Shown: one piece after another, positions 25,834-40,033 of the stretch
Numbering within the stretch: the first letter of the stretch is position 1
Layout: the number at the start of each line of letters is the position of its first letter
Assembly: GCA_015680685.1 (NCBI GenBank)
Contig: MNCI01002446.1
Coordinates: 327,876-391,875 of the forward strand
From: Gnetum montanum
Taxonomy: Eukaryota; Plantae; Gnetophyta
DNA: 64,000 nt
Direction: 5' to 3'
Program-made: the position numbers and the translations under genes
The notes under the pieces: generated by a model
Databases searched by the model: none
Told to the model about the DNA's origin: nothing
The model's input: the letters and a program-made list of their open reading frames with translations, nothing else

Positions 25834-28800
25834 TGTAAGGGAGGTAGTAGGGTTGATGGCTTGCTACCTTTCCACGGTTCAGGGTCATGGGAGTGCAAGG
25901 AGTCCTCATTTCTTTGTGTTTTCGGAACCATACTAGTATGGTAGTTCCATGTAGTAGTAAGAGGAGGTTATGACCTTCCTTATTACCACTCGGTAGGACC
26001 TTGCTTTAAGAGGGTTGCATAGTTCAACTCTGTGTTGGGGTGTAAACCAGGTGTGTCATGGGATGTGCTATGGGATGTTATGTGTGTTTGTTAAGAGTAC
26101 AACATCAACTACTAGCATTCAGTGATGAATCTGGAGTGTTTAGCTAGTAGTCCTCGTGAGTGGAGCAAGGGAGCACTATCTAGCTTTTATTAGTGTTACG
26201 TGTTTGGGATACTTAAAACACTACTTAGGTCACATACTATTGTTTGTTGACATGTGTTTCACGATAGTTGATAGTTGAGGCGTATTCTTTTTGAGTTTCG
26301 TTCCAAATCTAAATATGTTCTGAGGGACTCTTGGGGTGCTAGACAACATGTTGGGGACAATGTTGTTACAGATGATATTGAAGCCTCACAACATTTGTCA
26401 GTGAAACTTACTCGATAAAGGGGCAAAGAGGGTTTGTGATTTGTAAGGTTTCCATTTGCAATTTCTACTAGCCAATCCTCCTTTGTGGGTGGCCTTGTGA
26501 AAGGTTCCTCCTCTTGCTAAGATGGAGCTTGGAGGACCTAGTAGAATGGTCGAGGACCAGACCAACCTAGAGGCTGATGCAGAACTTGGACAAGATGAGA
26601 CTAGATTCTAAAATCTATGTGACCAAGTTAAAGTTGTGGATGAGGCCTTAGCTTGCCTAAGGTTGGAAAGTGCGGATGTGATCCATTATGTTAAGGAAAT
26701 GGATTTGCCACAGGATAAGATGGACCTTTGCTCTAAGAACCAGTTGAAACTAGCAGAGGTTAAGGTCTTGATCCTTTAGGGTCATTTGGATCATACGCTG
26801 AACCTCTATAAGGATCTCTTTGGATCCTTTCAAGAGGCACAAACAAAATCATCTTTAGTTGATGACCTAACTATGTGGGTAAAGGTTATGGAGGATGCCT
26901 TGGTTGGTGTGAATTAGGAGCTGTCCCACTTGAAAATTGAAAGCACCATCATGAAGTCCTCCCTAGCAGGATGCTTGGTAGAAGAGCTTGTAGCAATGGC
27001 TCAAATCAAAGCAAAAGAACCAAGGTCCTATGATGGTGAGAGAAGGGATACCAAAATTGATGCCTTTCTACATGATGTGGAGATGTATTTGTCTACTGGG
27101 GATGTTCCTGCAACCCAGAAGGTCTCCATTGCATCTCAGTACCTCATAGGAAATGCTATGCTATGGTGGCTTAGCCTCTTCTGTGCCCAAGAGAAGGGTA
27201 CTACAACTGAGGTGGTAGACACATGGGACATATTTAAAGTAGCTTTGATTAAAGAGTTCTGCCCAAGGAACTTGGAGTGGGTAGCTCGCACCAAGCTTGA
27301 GTTTTTGAAACATTTAGGCAAGCTTGAAGATTACATCAATGCCTTTCAAGAGCTCATGTTACTAATTTATGATATGGGAGATCGGGATTGTTTCTTCAAA
27401 TTCGTAAATGGGTTGCAACCCTGGGAGCAAATGGAACTATGTCGATGAGGTATCAACACTTTCATTGAGGCTATCGTTGTTGCTGATACCTTCCTTGATT
27501 TCAAGGCTTCAAAGCTAGATAAGGACAAACCTGGAAAGGGAAAGTAGGGCACACCCTCCCACTCTTAGAAATTAGACACCGAATCCACCAAAGGTGGGAA
27601 CACATTCAAATTAATCCAGCAAGGTAGTTGTCCTATAGGTGGTCCTCCATGAAACCAAGGCTCTTAGCAAAAACATAAAGATACATGAAGAAAATGGTAA
27701 CTTGGGGCCAAGAAGAAACAACTCTTAGGAGGATCCTTCAAGGGACCAATCTAATGCTTCTTGTGTTGTGGTAACCACCTAGCGAGATATTGCCCTCATA
27801 GCTCAATAAGAGCTGAGAATAGGTAGGGATGGACTTTGGGGAAGTAGCTAATGACCCTTGAGTACTGCCTGGACCCATGCCTCCAGATTACAAATGGTAG
27901 CACCATAGGGGAATAATGGAGATTAGCTATTACAATAGAGCTGTCTCACATGGTTACGTAGAGGTTAGGAGTTGAAAGCTCAAAAAATGCAAATCTTGAT
28001 AATTTTCACTAGGTCTAGTTGTCCCCAATCACTGTGAGCTTGAGACAAATAAGTGCCTTGATTGATAATGGTGCTAGTCACAACTACATGGTTCCATCCA
28101 TGGCAAGGGACTTGCAACTAGAAGTGGAACCAGTTTAAGCTTCTTGCAAACTTGCAAAGTTCCGACCCCTTTGATGTATTGGTGTTTGCTGAAATGTTCC
28201 AATTTAAGTAGGCTCATGGCAAGGAGCTCTTGATTTCTTGATTCTGGATATGGATTCTTTCGATGTCATATTGAGGTAGGAATTCTTGTGCAAGGCTAAA
28301 GTTTACATTGCATCACATTTAGATTTGATTTTCATTTTGCATGAGAGCTCGCCTTGCCCAATTTAGACTCATGGGGCACAGATCAGGAAGGATGAGGGGT
28401 CTAGCCCCCAGATTATGTCTCCTATGATAATGAAATGTTTGGCCAGGTATCCCACACGAAAATTTCTTTTAGCTATGCAAAATAGTCATCCTTCCAAGGC
28501 TATTGAGCTGTAAACACACATTGATCCATGGATTGCTAAGGTGTTAGACCGCTTTTGGGATGTGATGTCACAAGAGTTACTTGGATGTCTATCACCATGG
28601 AGGGTGGTAGATCATAAAATAGAATTACTGCCAAGTACTAACCTACCCATTCAAAGGCCATATCAGTTAACAAGGCCAAAGGTAGAGGAGTTGAACAAAC
28701 AACTTGAGAGTTTGATGTTCAAAGAGTACATTCATCTCTTAAAATCTCCTTATAGTGCACTTGTGTTGTTTTTCACCAAGGAGGATGAGACATTACATCT

Positions 28801-31800
28801 CTATTGCAACTACAAGTTGTTAAATATGCAACACTATTAAGAATAAGTATCCGGTGCCATTCATCTCTAACTTGTTTGATTAGCTAGTAGGAGCACTATA
28901 TTTTACTTAGCTAGACCTTCGCCAAGGGTATTATCAGGTCTGCATTGTAGAGGGTGACAAGAAGAAAACTACATGTGTGAATAGATACAAGTCATATGAA
29001 TAGATTGTAATGCCCTAGCCACTTTCTATATGTTAATGAATGAGATATTCTAGTCATTTCTTGACAAATTCATAGTCATTTATCTCGATGATATCTTGCA
29101 TATAGTTGGACCATGGAGGAGCATGCTCTCCACCTATAGCTAGTCCTTGAGAAACTATAGGCAAATCAACTATACATAAAGAAAGAAAAGTGTGAATTAT
29201 GTTGTACAGAGCTGAAATTTCTAGGACACCTTGTGGGGCATGGTCAAATTAAGCGAAATCCCAAAAAAGTATAGGTTGTACGTTAGTGGCCCACTTCCAC
29301 TAATGTTTATGAGGTTTGAAAATTTATGGGGTTAGCCAGCTTTTATTGCATATTTATCAAAAATTTCTTAGGTGTTGCTGCTCCCCTTACAAATCTACAA
29401 AAGAAAAAAGTTGCATAGCAATGGGATTCAGATTGTCAACAGGCCTTCGACAAAATCAAAGAGACCTTAACCTCCCATCTTGTGTTAGCTTTATTGGATT
29501 TCTCAAAACCTTTTGAGGTTCATACTAATGCTAGTGAGGATGCAATTGGGGGCATGTTGCTATAGGAAGATCATCTTGTTGCTTATGAGTTTTTAAAGTT
29601 GAATCAAGTAGAGCAGAGATGGCCTATCCATGAGAAAGAAGAGTTTGCCATTGTTTATTTCTTAAGATCGTTAAGGCATTACTTGCTGGGGAGTTGTGTC
29701 CATGTAAAGACCAATAATCTTACCATTAGTTATCTACTTAATCAAACTAAGTTGAGGTCCAAACAGGCACAATGGTTGATCATGCTTTTTGAATTTTGTT
29801 TGTAGCTAACCTACCAACTTGGGAAAGGAGAATGTTATGGTAGATGCATTGAGTCACCATCCTTAACTCATCTCACAGCTCTTTGCTATCATTGGACTGC
29901 AAAATTTACATGTCCAGTGTGATGAGGTGCTATTAGCTAGAATCCAAGATGGCTTGAAAAGGAACCCTCAGGTTATTAACCTCATAAAATTGATAGAGAT
30001 AGGCATAGCACCACATTTCAAGATGAGGGATGGACTGCTTTGGTTCCAGGATAGTCGAATTTGTGTTCTAGTTTGGGATGATCTCTGTAAGGAGATTATT
30101 TGAGAGGGTCATGACACACTATGCGCTACGCACCCTAGACAACAAAGAACATTGGCATTAATTGAGAGAACCTTCTTTTGGCCCAAGATGTATTGGGGTG
30201 TGATTGCCTGTATTTGGTGTATCAATAGGACAAAGGTTCTACAAAGCATTCTAGTAGAATCCTCCTTCCATTAGAAATCCCATCATTCCCATGGGCTATA
30301 ATGACCATGGACTTCATCATAGGCCTATTGAATGTTCAAGGCCTGAAAAACATCATTGTGATGGTGGATAAATTTTCTAAGTTTGTCATGTTCATTCCCT
30401 GTCCAGCCCAATGTTCAGTTGAGGATACCACAACATATTACTTTGATAGGGTGGTTTGATATTTATGGCTACCGATGAGCATAGTATCAGATTGAGGCCC
30501 TAGATTTTTAAGTGCCTTCTAGAGATCCTTGTTTAGCATGATGGAAACCACCCTCAAATTATCAACAATTTTTCATCCACAAATAGATGGACAAACAGAA
30601 TGTATGAATCATGTACTTGAGGAGTACCTCTACCATTATGTCCACAATGATAAGAAGAATTGGCTTGTTCTACTAGGGATCATCTAGCTGAGCTATAACA
30701 TCCAAAAGCCTTTAGCCACAGGGTTTTTTCCCATAGAACTAGTAATGGGAAGGCAACCCATTACACCACATATGGTTTCTCCCACTTTGTAGGGACAACA
30801 TCTATTGGCAGATGAGTTCTTGAAGGTGTGGTTTGAGAACGTTGAAACTACAAGGGATTGTCTAGAGAGGGCGGTGAAGTGTATGAAGAAGTACACAGAT
30901 TGAAAATGCTAGCCCTATGAATTCAAGATGGGATATTGGATTCTTCTCAAGTTGGAACCTCGCCAGTTTAAGCTAAAACAAGGAACTACATTCAAATTGA
31001 TGAGGCAATGTGATGGTTTCTTTTGGATCATCGATAAAATTAATCCTATCACATATAAGCTTTAGCTACCTATTAATATGGACTGAGTCCATCCAGTCTT
31101 TCATGTCAGCATGCTGAAGCCATTGCCTAATGGGTTCTCTTATCTTGAAAGAAGCCTCTTGATCTAAAAATGACCTTGTATACAATCAATACAAGGAAAG
31201 AGAATTGACTACATTTGAAACTTTAGGACCACTGGGCGTAGTCCTAAATTGTACAAACTCAGATGATAGTTGGGAATCACTAGAGCATTTGAGGTCCCAA
31301 GAACACTTAATCTTGGACTTTTTTTGAGAGCAAGCAATTGATCTCCCACCATGGCTTCTCTGATGATGGGTAGAAAATCCTCCTATTATAAAAATCTTCC
31401 AAAAAGATGACTAGATAGACCAGTAGAGGTGAGGCATGTGTTCACTCATAGAATCTAAGGAAGAGTTCCCTTGAAATCCCACCTTAAGTAGGGGGATGCT
31501 TGAAGTTTTTCAAAGAACTCTATAGGCGATGGGGCTTGAGTTTCACATAGGTAGGAGACTATGTTGATCTTAATACCCCTAGAAATTTGGGTATACACAA
31601 GTCAAGGGATGCCTTGGACTCATAAATCCCTTACGTCAGTGCATTTGTTGTGTTACTACGGTAAACCACTAAGAGCCCTTCTATAGTCTTGCATCTTAGG
31701 TAGGGTGTGGAAGGTTGGACATACCAAGTCTTGGATGTTATTGTTCTTGACTTGGGTGTTAGATGCTATGATGAGACTGGATCTTAGGAAGATGGTCAAG

Positions 31801-32559
31801 TTCAATAATAAGATTTAAGGTCTCGGACCCTAGCAATTGGACCTTTTAGAACCTAAGGTCCTTTCAGATCAAACTCCAAATAGCATGAGTTTACCTCCCA
31901 AGAATTGATGGAATCCTCCTTCAGTATTGGTGTAGCTACCTCATGGGTTACCCAAGTTATGCTCTAAGGTTTTTGCTCATGTTAAGTTCAGGAGGGTTGT
32001 GAGAGAGGTAGTAGGATTCATGGTGGCTTGCTACCTCCCCCATGGTTCAAGGGTTGTAGGGGTACAAGAGTCCTCCTCACCTTGTGTCTTCAAAACCATA
32101 TTGGCATGGCAATTTCATGCAGTAGTAAGAGGAGGCTATGACCTTTCTCATTACCTCACTTGGTAGGACCTTGCTTGGGAGGGTTGCGTAGTTCAACTCT
32201 ACATTCAGGTGTAAACTGGGTGTGTCATGGGACATGTTATGGGATGTTACATGCAATTATTAAGAGCATGAAATCAACTACCAGTGCTTGGTGATGAACT
32301 TGGAGGGTTCAGTTGGTAGTCCCCATGGTGTTCAAGTGAATGAAGCAAGGGAGTGCTATCTAGCTTTTATTAGTGTTGTGTTTGAGATACTTGAAACACC
32401 GCTCAGGTCACATGCTAACACTAACTGTTTGTTTGTGGGCATGTGTTTTCAGACTATTGATAGCTGAGGTGTATTCTTCTTAAGTTCCATCCCAAATTTA
32501 AATATGCAGTAAAGGACTCTTGGGGTGCCAAAAAATGTGTCAGGGACAACGTTGTTACA
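25834..32559 (+). mobile_element. Full-length decayed Ty3/gypsy chromovirus (Galadriel-like)
   Basis: LTRs 25834-26370 and 31998-32559 (TGT...ACA); perfect TSD ATTAA at 25829-33 and 32560-64; degenerate iMet PBS at 26373; PPT before 31998. Confidence 0.93.
26522..31330 (+). pseudogene. gag-pol pseudogene (gag, CCHC, PR, RT, RNase H, integrase, chromodomain remnant)
   Basis: KAKEPRSYDGER gag; CFLCCGNHLARYCP; LIDNGASHNY (~28058); YLDDIL (29081); FEVHTNAS RNase H; MDFI.GL and FHPQIDGQTE integrase; HPVFHVSML; DSWESLEHL chromo (~31266). Many stops and frameshifts. Confidence 0.9.
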
Positions 32560-33407
32560 ATTAAAGAGCTTTTTTAGATTAGGTTGTTTCAAAACCCAAA
32601 TGTGCAAATTAGTTGAGCTTTAAAAAGTGGGCTTCTATTTCATGTTTAACCTTTTTAGGGTTTTGCATTATTAAAATAATGATATCATCTTATTGCCTTT
32701 CAAATTGCTTAAGTTAAGTAAAGGATGTTTAAGGTAAGTAAAGGATAGTAAAGGATATGGTGATGCTTTTTTTCTAGCATGATTTATTAATGTGTAGTCC
32801 TTGGACTTGCAATATTGTGCTATAGGTAGTACAAGTTTCATAACTACAAATAGGTTGTTGAAAAAATGATTAATTTAAAAATAGTTGGAAAAAATTGATT
32901 AATTTAAAAACAGTTGATTGTATTGTAGTAATTGGTTATTTTTAAAGAATCTAATAAATAATTTGTATACCTCCAAATATTATTTTTAAAGAGCTTATTA
33001 AATAGTTGGTAATGGTCTTGGTAATGGTCTTGATGCCTATACATTGGCTATCAAAATGTGTCACCTCGAGTACCAAATCATGTTCTTCACTATCTTGTTA
33101 CTTGGAATAACCTTGATGACATAAATATTATTCTCATATTCGAAGGTTCTAAAACTTTATATAATCTACCAATTACACAAATACATGCCTTATAACTTTA
33201 ACACAGAGTATGTCCCTACTTTACCATTTTACTTTCTTCATTTCTATTTGTGATTCTTTTAATCTTTATTTGCTACAGTAAAATGAGATTCATACTTGAA
33301 TTGTATATATATATTTTAAAAATTGTATCAATTCCAAACTTTTTTCTCTCATCTAATGATAATAGTTTTTCTCATTTGGAGTATATTTCAAATTAGTAAC
33401 ATAACAT

Positions 33408-35320
33408 TGTAAGAGAGGTAGTAGGGTTTGGTGGCCTACTACCTTCCCTAGGGTTTGGGTGCCTTGGGAGAACCAGGGGTCCTACAATTCTTGTATTTTT
33501 GAAACCATACTAGCATAGTAGTATTTGAGGGGGCTATGACCTATTTTTGTATTTCACTTGGTAGGACCATGTATGGGATGGTTTCATAGTTCAACTCTAT
33601 GTTGGGGTTATCCTTGGGTACAAACATGAGATGTGCTATGGGAAATTACGTGTGCTTGTACAGGCATGACACCAACTATTAGAATGCAATTATGAATTGG
33701 GATGGTTTAGTTGGTAGTCATTGTGGCATTCATATGAGTGGAGCCAAGGAGATACTAACTAGAGTGTTATGATTTTATCATTGATACGGATATGTATACT
33801 GCTTAAATGTATGATTAACTCTTAGGACCTTAACCTTTACTTCTTATTATGTCTTTCAGGCTTGATGATCATTAAGGTGTACTCTGCTTAAGTTCTGTCC
33901 CAATGTCAAAATTAGTGTTTTAAGGGACTTAGATGATGCTAGACAATGTTTTAGGAACAACATTATTATAAATGACATTCAAGCTTAATTGGCTTGTTTG
34001 GGTTTCATAGTTATTTATGGATTTGAATTTAGGTTATTGAGGTTTCCATTTCCAATTTCTTATAATTAATAATAATAATTATTAGTGGTATTATAAGAAA
34101 GCCTTTTAGAGATGGATCCAAGTGACCTAGTGGGATTCTTGAGGATCAAGCCAACCTCGATGGAGAGACAAACCTTGATTAAAATGGGGCAGAGTTTCAA
34201 AATCTTTGGGAGTAGATCAAGATAGTGGATAAGGCCTTGGCAAATTTGAGTCTTGATAACACTGACCTGATTCATCACATTCTCAAAGAGATGAACCTTT
34301 CTCAAAACAAGTTTAACCTCTACATAAAGGACTAGGTGAAGTTGGCTAAAGCAAGAGTCTCAGTATTAGGGGGGGTTTGTTTGGATCAAATGTTGGGATT
34401 GTACCAAAATCTATTTGAAATTTATTAGACAACACAAGGTAGGACATATTTGGTTGATGATTTGGCAAGATGAGTGAAGGTAGTAGAGGATGTCCTTGTC
34501 AGATCAAATTGGGAGATGTTTGAATTGAAAAATAAAAATACCATTTTGAAGTCCTTAGTTGAATGTTTGTCTTTGGAGTTCATGGTTTTTTCTCTCATTA
34601 ATGTCAAGGACCCTAGAACCTATGATGGGAAGAGAAACAATGCCAAAATAAATATTGTTTTCCATGATATGAATATATACTTGATTACTTGAGGTGTTCC
34701 TATGGCCCAATTCGTGTCAAAAACTTCTCAGTATTTAACTAGTAGTATAAAACTATGGTGGCTAGGCTTCCTTTGCACTTAAGAGAATGGTACTATAGGT
34801 AAGGCCATTGGCACTTAGGATCAGTTCAAAGTAGTGTTGATCAAACAATTTGAGTTTGAGAATTTGAAATAGGTAGCCTAGACAAAGTTGGAAACTCTTA
34901 AGCTCTTTAGCAAACTAAAAGAGTACATTAATTCCTTTTAGGAGTTAATGTCACTAATTCCTGATATGGGATATTGGGACTTGTTCTTTAAGTTTGTAAA
35001 TGAGCTTCAACCTTTGGCCCACTTAGAATTGCAAAGATGTGATATTAATACCCTATTGAAGATCATTGCTATAGCTAACATGTTCCTTGATTTTAAAGTA
35101 ACAAAGTTAATTAAGGGTAAGTTTAGCAAGGGGAAGTAGGGGACATCTTTCCAATCATAGAAAATGGATATAGGATCTAACAAAGGAGGTAATGGGCCTA
35201 CGTAAAACTAGTAGGGAAATCGCTTTATTAAAAGTCCTACAAATAATAAAGGATCATAGCAAAAGAGAAAAGGATAAGGGGATAAATAAGAACCAAGTGA
35301 CAAGAAAATGACATTTCACT
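33408..35320 (+). mobile_element. Truncated second chromovirus copy: LTR (33408-33970), PBS, gag remnant
   Basis: LTR starts TGTAAGAGAGGTAGTAGGG like 25834; gag KDPRTYDGKR and DLFFKFVNELQP colinear with 26930-27546; truncated at the CCHC region. Confidence 0.85.
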
Positions 35321-37083
35321 TGACAAGAAATTTTGATTTTGGAAGCATTTTTTGATGAAAAAATAGTCATTTCTAATATTTTTGACCTTTTGAATCCAAT
35401 AGTGAGATTAGATTGGTTAGTTAAGAAGCCAATAAGTAGGTGGCAATTCAAACCATGTCTTCATATTATATAACTTAGATCAATTAACCATATTTAATAA
35501 TCTACTAGTTAGAACTAATTAATATAGTGGTTACGTATCATAACATAAGATACATAAAGAGACAATATTTTATCCAATGTTGATCCTTCTTCCAGTGTCA
35601 CCTTAACCAGATTCGAGCTTCTTACTAAATCTACATTGAATAGATGCTGGAAGGGTTATAAGAACTTCACAATAGAGGAAAGCCACTTAGAAGCTCCTTA
35701 GAACATGACTTGAGGATATGGCCTAAGCTACAAAACACATCGTTAGTGCCACTAAAATATTTATTAACTCAAATGTTAACTTATACTTAACTGTAAAATG
35801 CCTAAATTACTCATAGATATTCAATTTACTTGTAATATTGGTATTTCCATGAGGTTCCCAACATCAGAAATTAGAATAACTACAAGGTTGATACTAACTT
35901 CAATTGGCCATCATGCAAGATAAGACTTTTTGGGTTAGAAATAATTATGCATATCCAAATAAACTATAGGATTACATTATGGCTAGTATCAATCCTATAG
36001 CTACCATAAGATTCAAGCTCCTAACACCATCATAAACAAGATAAGATACTAACTAAACATCAATCCCTAAGTAAGCATGGTCAATCTACAAATCCCACAA
36101 ATGCTTGCCCATTGATAAAAAGTCACATATTAGTGTCTCTCTAAAATTGTACCAATTATGTTCTTAAAAATTACTATTCAAGCATATTGATAGGTTGAAC
36201 ATGTCCATATGTCTTCAAAATGTCTATTAGTTGTTTCCATATGAATGCATCATTTCTACCTAATGTTGAGATGAATGCATTGCTTTAAAAAATATGCACA
36301 AGATTTGTTATTAGGCGGATATGACACAACAAAAAGATGGACTTGAAATACATAGTAAAAAATTCTAGAAATGATAAATTATGAATCAAACATAATAAGC
36401 TAGGGATAGGCCAGTAATAAATGCAATGTGATTAGATCATCAATGTAAACCATTACAAAAGAAAAGCAAGTATAAAAAGGTAAGCTACTTATCATAATTG
36501 ATGAAATCAAGGATATTTCCTTTACCTTGAGAGATTAGCTAAGATCCAAGCTTCATCAAGTAAGAATAGATTGAGATTTAGAAATTGGTAAGAGATTCAT
36601 CATGCATAACCATGACCAAGAGAGCAAAGGAGAAACGAATACATAATTGATGCCAAGAGAGCTAGTTTGCCAAGTATTTCTTGCAAAATTCCAAAAATAT
36701 TAACTAAGCAATTAATTTCTAAAATCAAGTCACATAGTATGATAAAAGGGTCAATTGACCAATCAACGAGGGAAAAATCATATATGAAATATTGGAATAC
36801 GCTTAGATGTCTAAGAATGAGTTTCAAGATAACATAAAAGAATAATTTGAATACATCCCAAAAATTTAACATGTCTTTATTGTATCCTCTTTTTTAGTAT
36901 TTTCATTATTGAGACAAGTATGGTTTCAACATTGTTCCACCCACTTGGGCTATCAAAATGCCCTAATATCATCATCATAAGCCATCTCTTAAACTTTCAT
37001 GGGCCCTTGAAAGATGTTTCCAATTATGATCCAACACATGAGCATTAATTTTAGTGACATTTATTAGAATTGAAAACTTGAAA

Positions 37084-37560
37084 GTTCTAAGTATCGTCCA
37101 AGTGATGTAGGTGATGTTAATGCTAGTGTCAATGTTACCTACCTTAGTTATGACACTTTTACTACAACAACCTTCTCTCTTGGCTCTAGTCTTGGCTCTG
37201 TTGAACCTTTGACAACTAGTCTACATTAGTCTCAAGACGATAAACATCAATTTAATTGATTTCAACAAGCTTTAAGAGACATGAAATAGGATATTGTTTT
37301 CTAAGTGTCGTCCAACTAATGCTCGGTGACACTAATACTAGTGTCACCATCACTTGGCTTAGTCACCATTGCATCGCCACACCTAAACTTATCTCTTGAT
37401 CCTAGTTTTACCTTTGTCGAATCCCCCACAATCATTCTACATCAGTCTTAGAACAACAAACATTAGCTTTGACAGCCTTAGTAATTTTAGGAATACATGA
37501 ATGTCACATTTTTTTCTAAGTATGGTTAACTGATGGTGACATTGCGATGATGTTAACATT
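37084..37560. repeat. Degenerate ~215-bp tandem repeat (about 2.2 copies)
   Basis: Units start TTCTAAGTRTCGTCCAA at ~37084, ~37299, ~37514 and share CTAGTGTCA, CTCTTG.TCTAGT, TCTACAT.AGTCT blocks. Confidence 0.65.
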
Positions 37561-39649
37561 GTAGCATCAAAATCTTGCATCACCTATAACACATGTAGAT
37601 GTACACATGCTAACATCATGTTCCTACATCACCTAACCTATACTTAACTTCTAGTTTTCAAAAATGAACTTGTATTAACTATACTTAACTTTGGAATGAA
37701 ATTTGAAAGTCCTACCTCTATAAACATATGTCCAAAACATTAATTCAAGGTCAGTTTCTTGAGATTTGAGAGAACTTTTCAAGTTTTGAGAATCCATAGT
37801 CACCTCAACATCTGTTGCAGTCTACAAGCTTATTCCTAATGTACAAATCATGTGTAGCACATGCACATGTCAACATCAGTGTCATTGTTTCATGTCGTGT
37901 TACCTGCATGACTGTTAGTGTCTATAAAATAAGTGTCACCTATAGGATAGTTCAAGAAAATGGTAACATTTTGATCTTAAATTGATTCCAAATAGCATGG
38001 GAAGCCTATCCATCCATATGTACAACCATAAGAGGTCAAATTTCATCCTCAAACCTCTAATTTTTTTCATAAACTAAGTTTTCATTATCAATTTTTCTTC
38101 ACATTTTGTATTCTCCTAATGTTGTTTCATTTGGCCTCTTCTTAGGAGAAAAACTCTATTTATTTACTTAATTAAGCATTCTCATTCTTTGGTAAGGGAG
38201 CTAAGACCCTTTACCACACATCAAGTTTTTCACTTTCTTATTAGATTCATGCTTTTTTACTCCTTTGTATTACTTAGAATTTATTTTCCATTGCTTGTAT
38301 TGCCTTAGCTTTTTAACATTAATCTTACCATCACTCAATCATTCTCTTATCAATTCAATAATTGAGTATAGGCTAATTTCATGTTTAATTGGAGGTTTAT
38401 ATCATTTTGTTTGATAATGGTTGATCTATCAAGGATTATATTATTCTAAAGATCACTTACGATCATGAGTCATACATCCAAAAATGTAGCTTGTGGATGT
38501 GTCCTTGCAGATTTGCAAGAGAACATTTTTGTAGGAACATATTTGGTACTAGAAAGAGAATCAATAGGTTTTCTAGTGCCTTTAACCCATTACCTAGAAG
38601 CTCATAAGTCATTTCCAACATTTTTACCTTTGAATATTTTCCATGCTTTACTTAGATTTTACATATTATACTCTTTTTTTATTTACACTTAATCCTTGTT
38701 CCAAGTGTGTGTAGGAGATACTCTTTGACATCATGTTTAGCTAAGGATCTAATTCATCTCATAGCTCTTAGGTTTGGAGAATGATGAAGATGTAGAAATC
38801 TCAAGAATTCACAATACCCATGATCAAGCATAATTACAAGATTGCATGCACAAAAAGCTAGTTGAACATTATACTTGTTGAAAATGAGCTGCAGAGGATG
38901 AATACTTATGAAGCTCTTAACAATGTAAAGCCTTTCCTTGTAAATTCCAACTAGCCTATGAAGTTAGAAGAATATGAGAAGAATGCATTAGTAGAATATC
39001 TCACCATTCAAGATGAGATTTAGACATTTTCCAATGTTAAATCTAGCACAGACATGCTATGTTAGACCATCTAATTTGACACCTTAGCATTAACTTTAAT
39101 TGAAGTTACCAATTCTAGGACTAATATAGGAAAGACAATGGTTATAATAGCATTCATGGCAATGATGAAGATGAGAATGCTCATGTCTCATTGCCTACTA
39201 ATCTCAATCATCAAGGCACCACACAACAACAAAGCCCATTCCTAGAGTTGTAAACCTCATTGACTCCACAAATTCATTCTCCATGCATGCTTCTCGAATA
39301 ACTTTTCTTGCTATACCTGCTACCATTGCTTTAGCTATTATCACTTGACCTACAGTAATATTTTTACCAATATATAGCTTATTTTCAAGTGTAGCCATTA
39401 TTAATCTTGCACCTCATGCATAGGTTCAAAGTCCAAATCTGCTACTCAGTTTGTTTGAATCATCATACTGTTGACACCTTTAAATCATTTCATGGAGCAG
39501 ATTTTTATTTCCCCAATTTATTTTTGATAGTTGGAAAATCAAGATTGGGGTAATGAAAAAGAGCATAATAATTAAATATATATGAATGATGATGAGGAAA
39601 AATTAATGAAAAAGCCTCAAAGTTTAAAAAGCAAGGTTGATGCCATTGT

Positions 39650-40033
39650 TGATGAGTGGCTAGGTACCCCTACACTCAACCATACGAATATTAGTGTTCA
39701 CGCACGATCTGGTCAAACTCTACAAACAGACTAGTTATGGCATCTAGATAGTTACATGTTGATCGCAGTTCGCTGTCTTCCCACCTGGACTAGTATTTGC
39801 TTTGTCACGTATGGTTTAGTCTAGAGTGAGGTGTATGATATGACTTCTAACACTAGGCTACTCCTAGAGACAATGGAAAATAATCTGAATTAAATTAACA
39901 AGCAATAGGAAATGAAGTCTAAGCAGGCCTAAGTGTGATGAGTATCCATCTTTTATCATCTGTGCACATCTTGGACCTCGTGTACTACTTCTAGGATTAC
40001 CAAGTGTATATTACTTGAGCGTTCCTAGATACG
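39650..40033 (-). mobile_element. Partial Athila-like LTR (3' half, family A/E), reverse orientation
   Basis: Reverse complement of ~63320-63690 (TGATGAGTGGCTAGGTACCCCTACACTCAACCATACG...); interrupted by the LTR at 40034. Confidence 0.88.
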
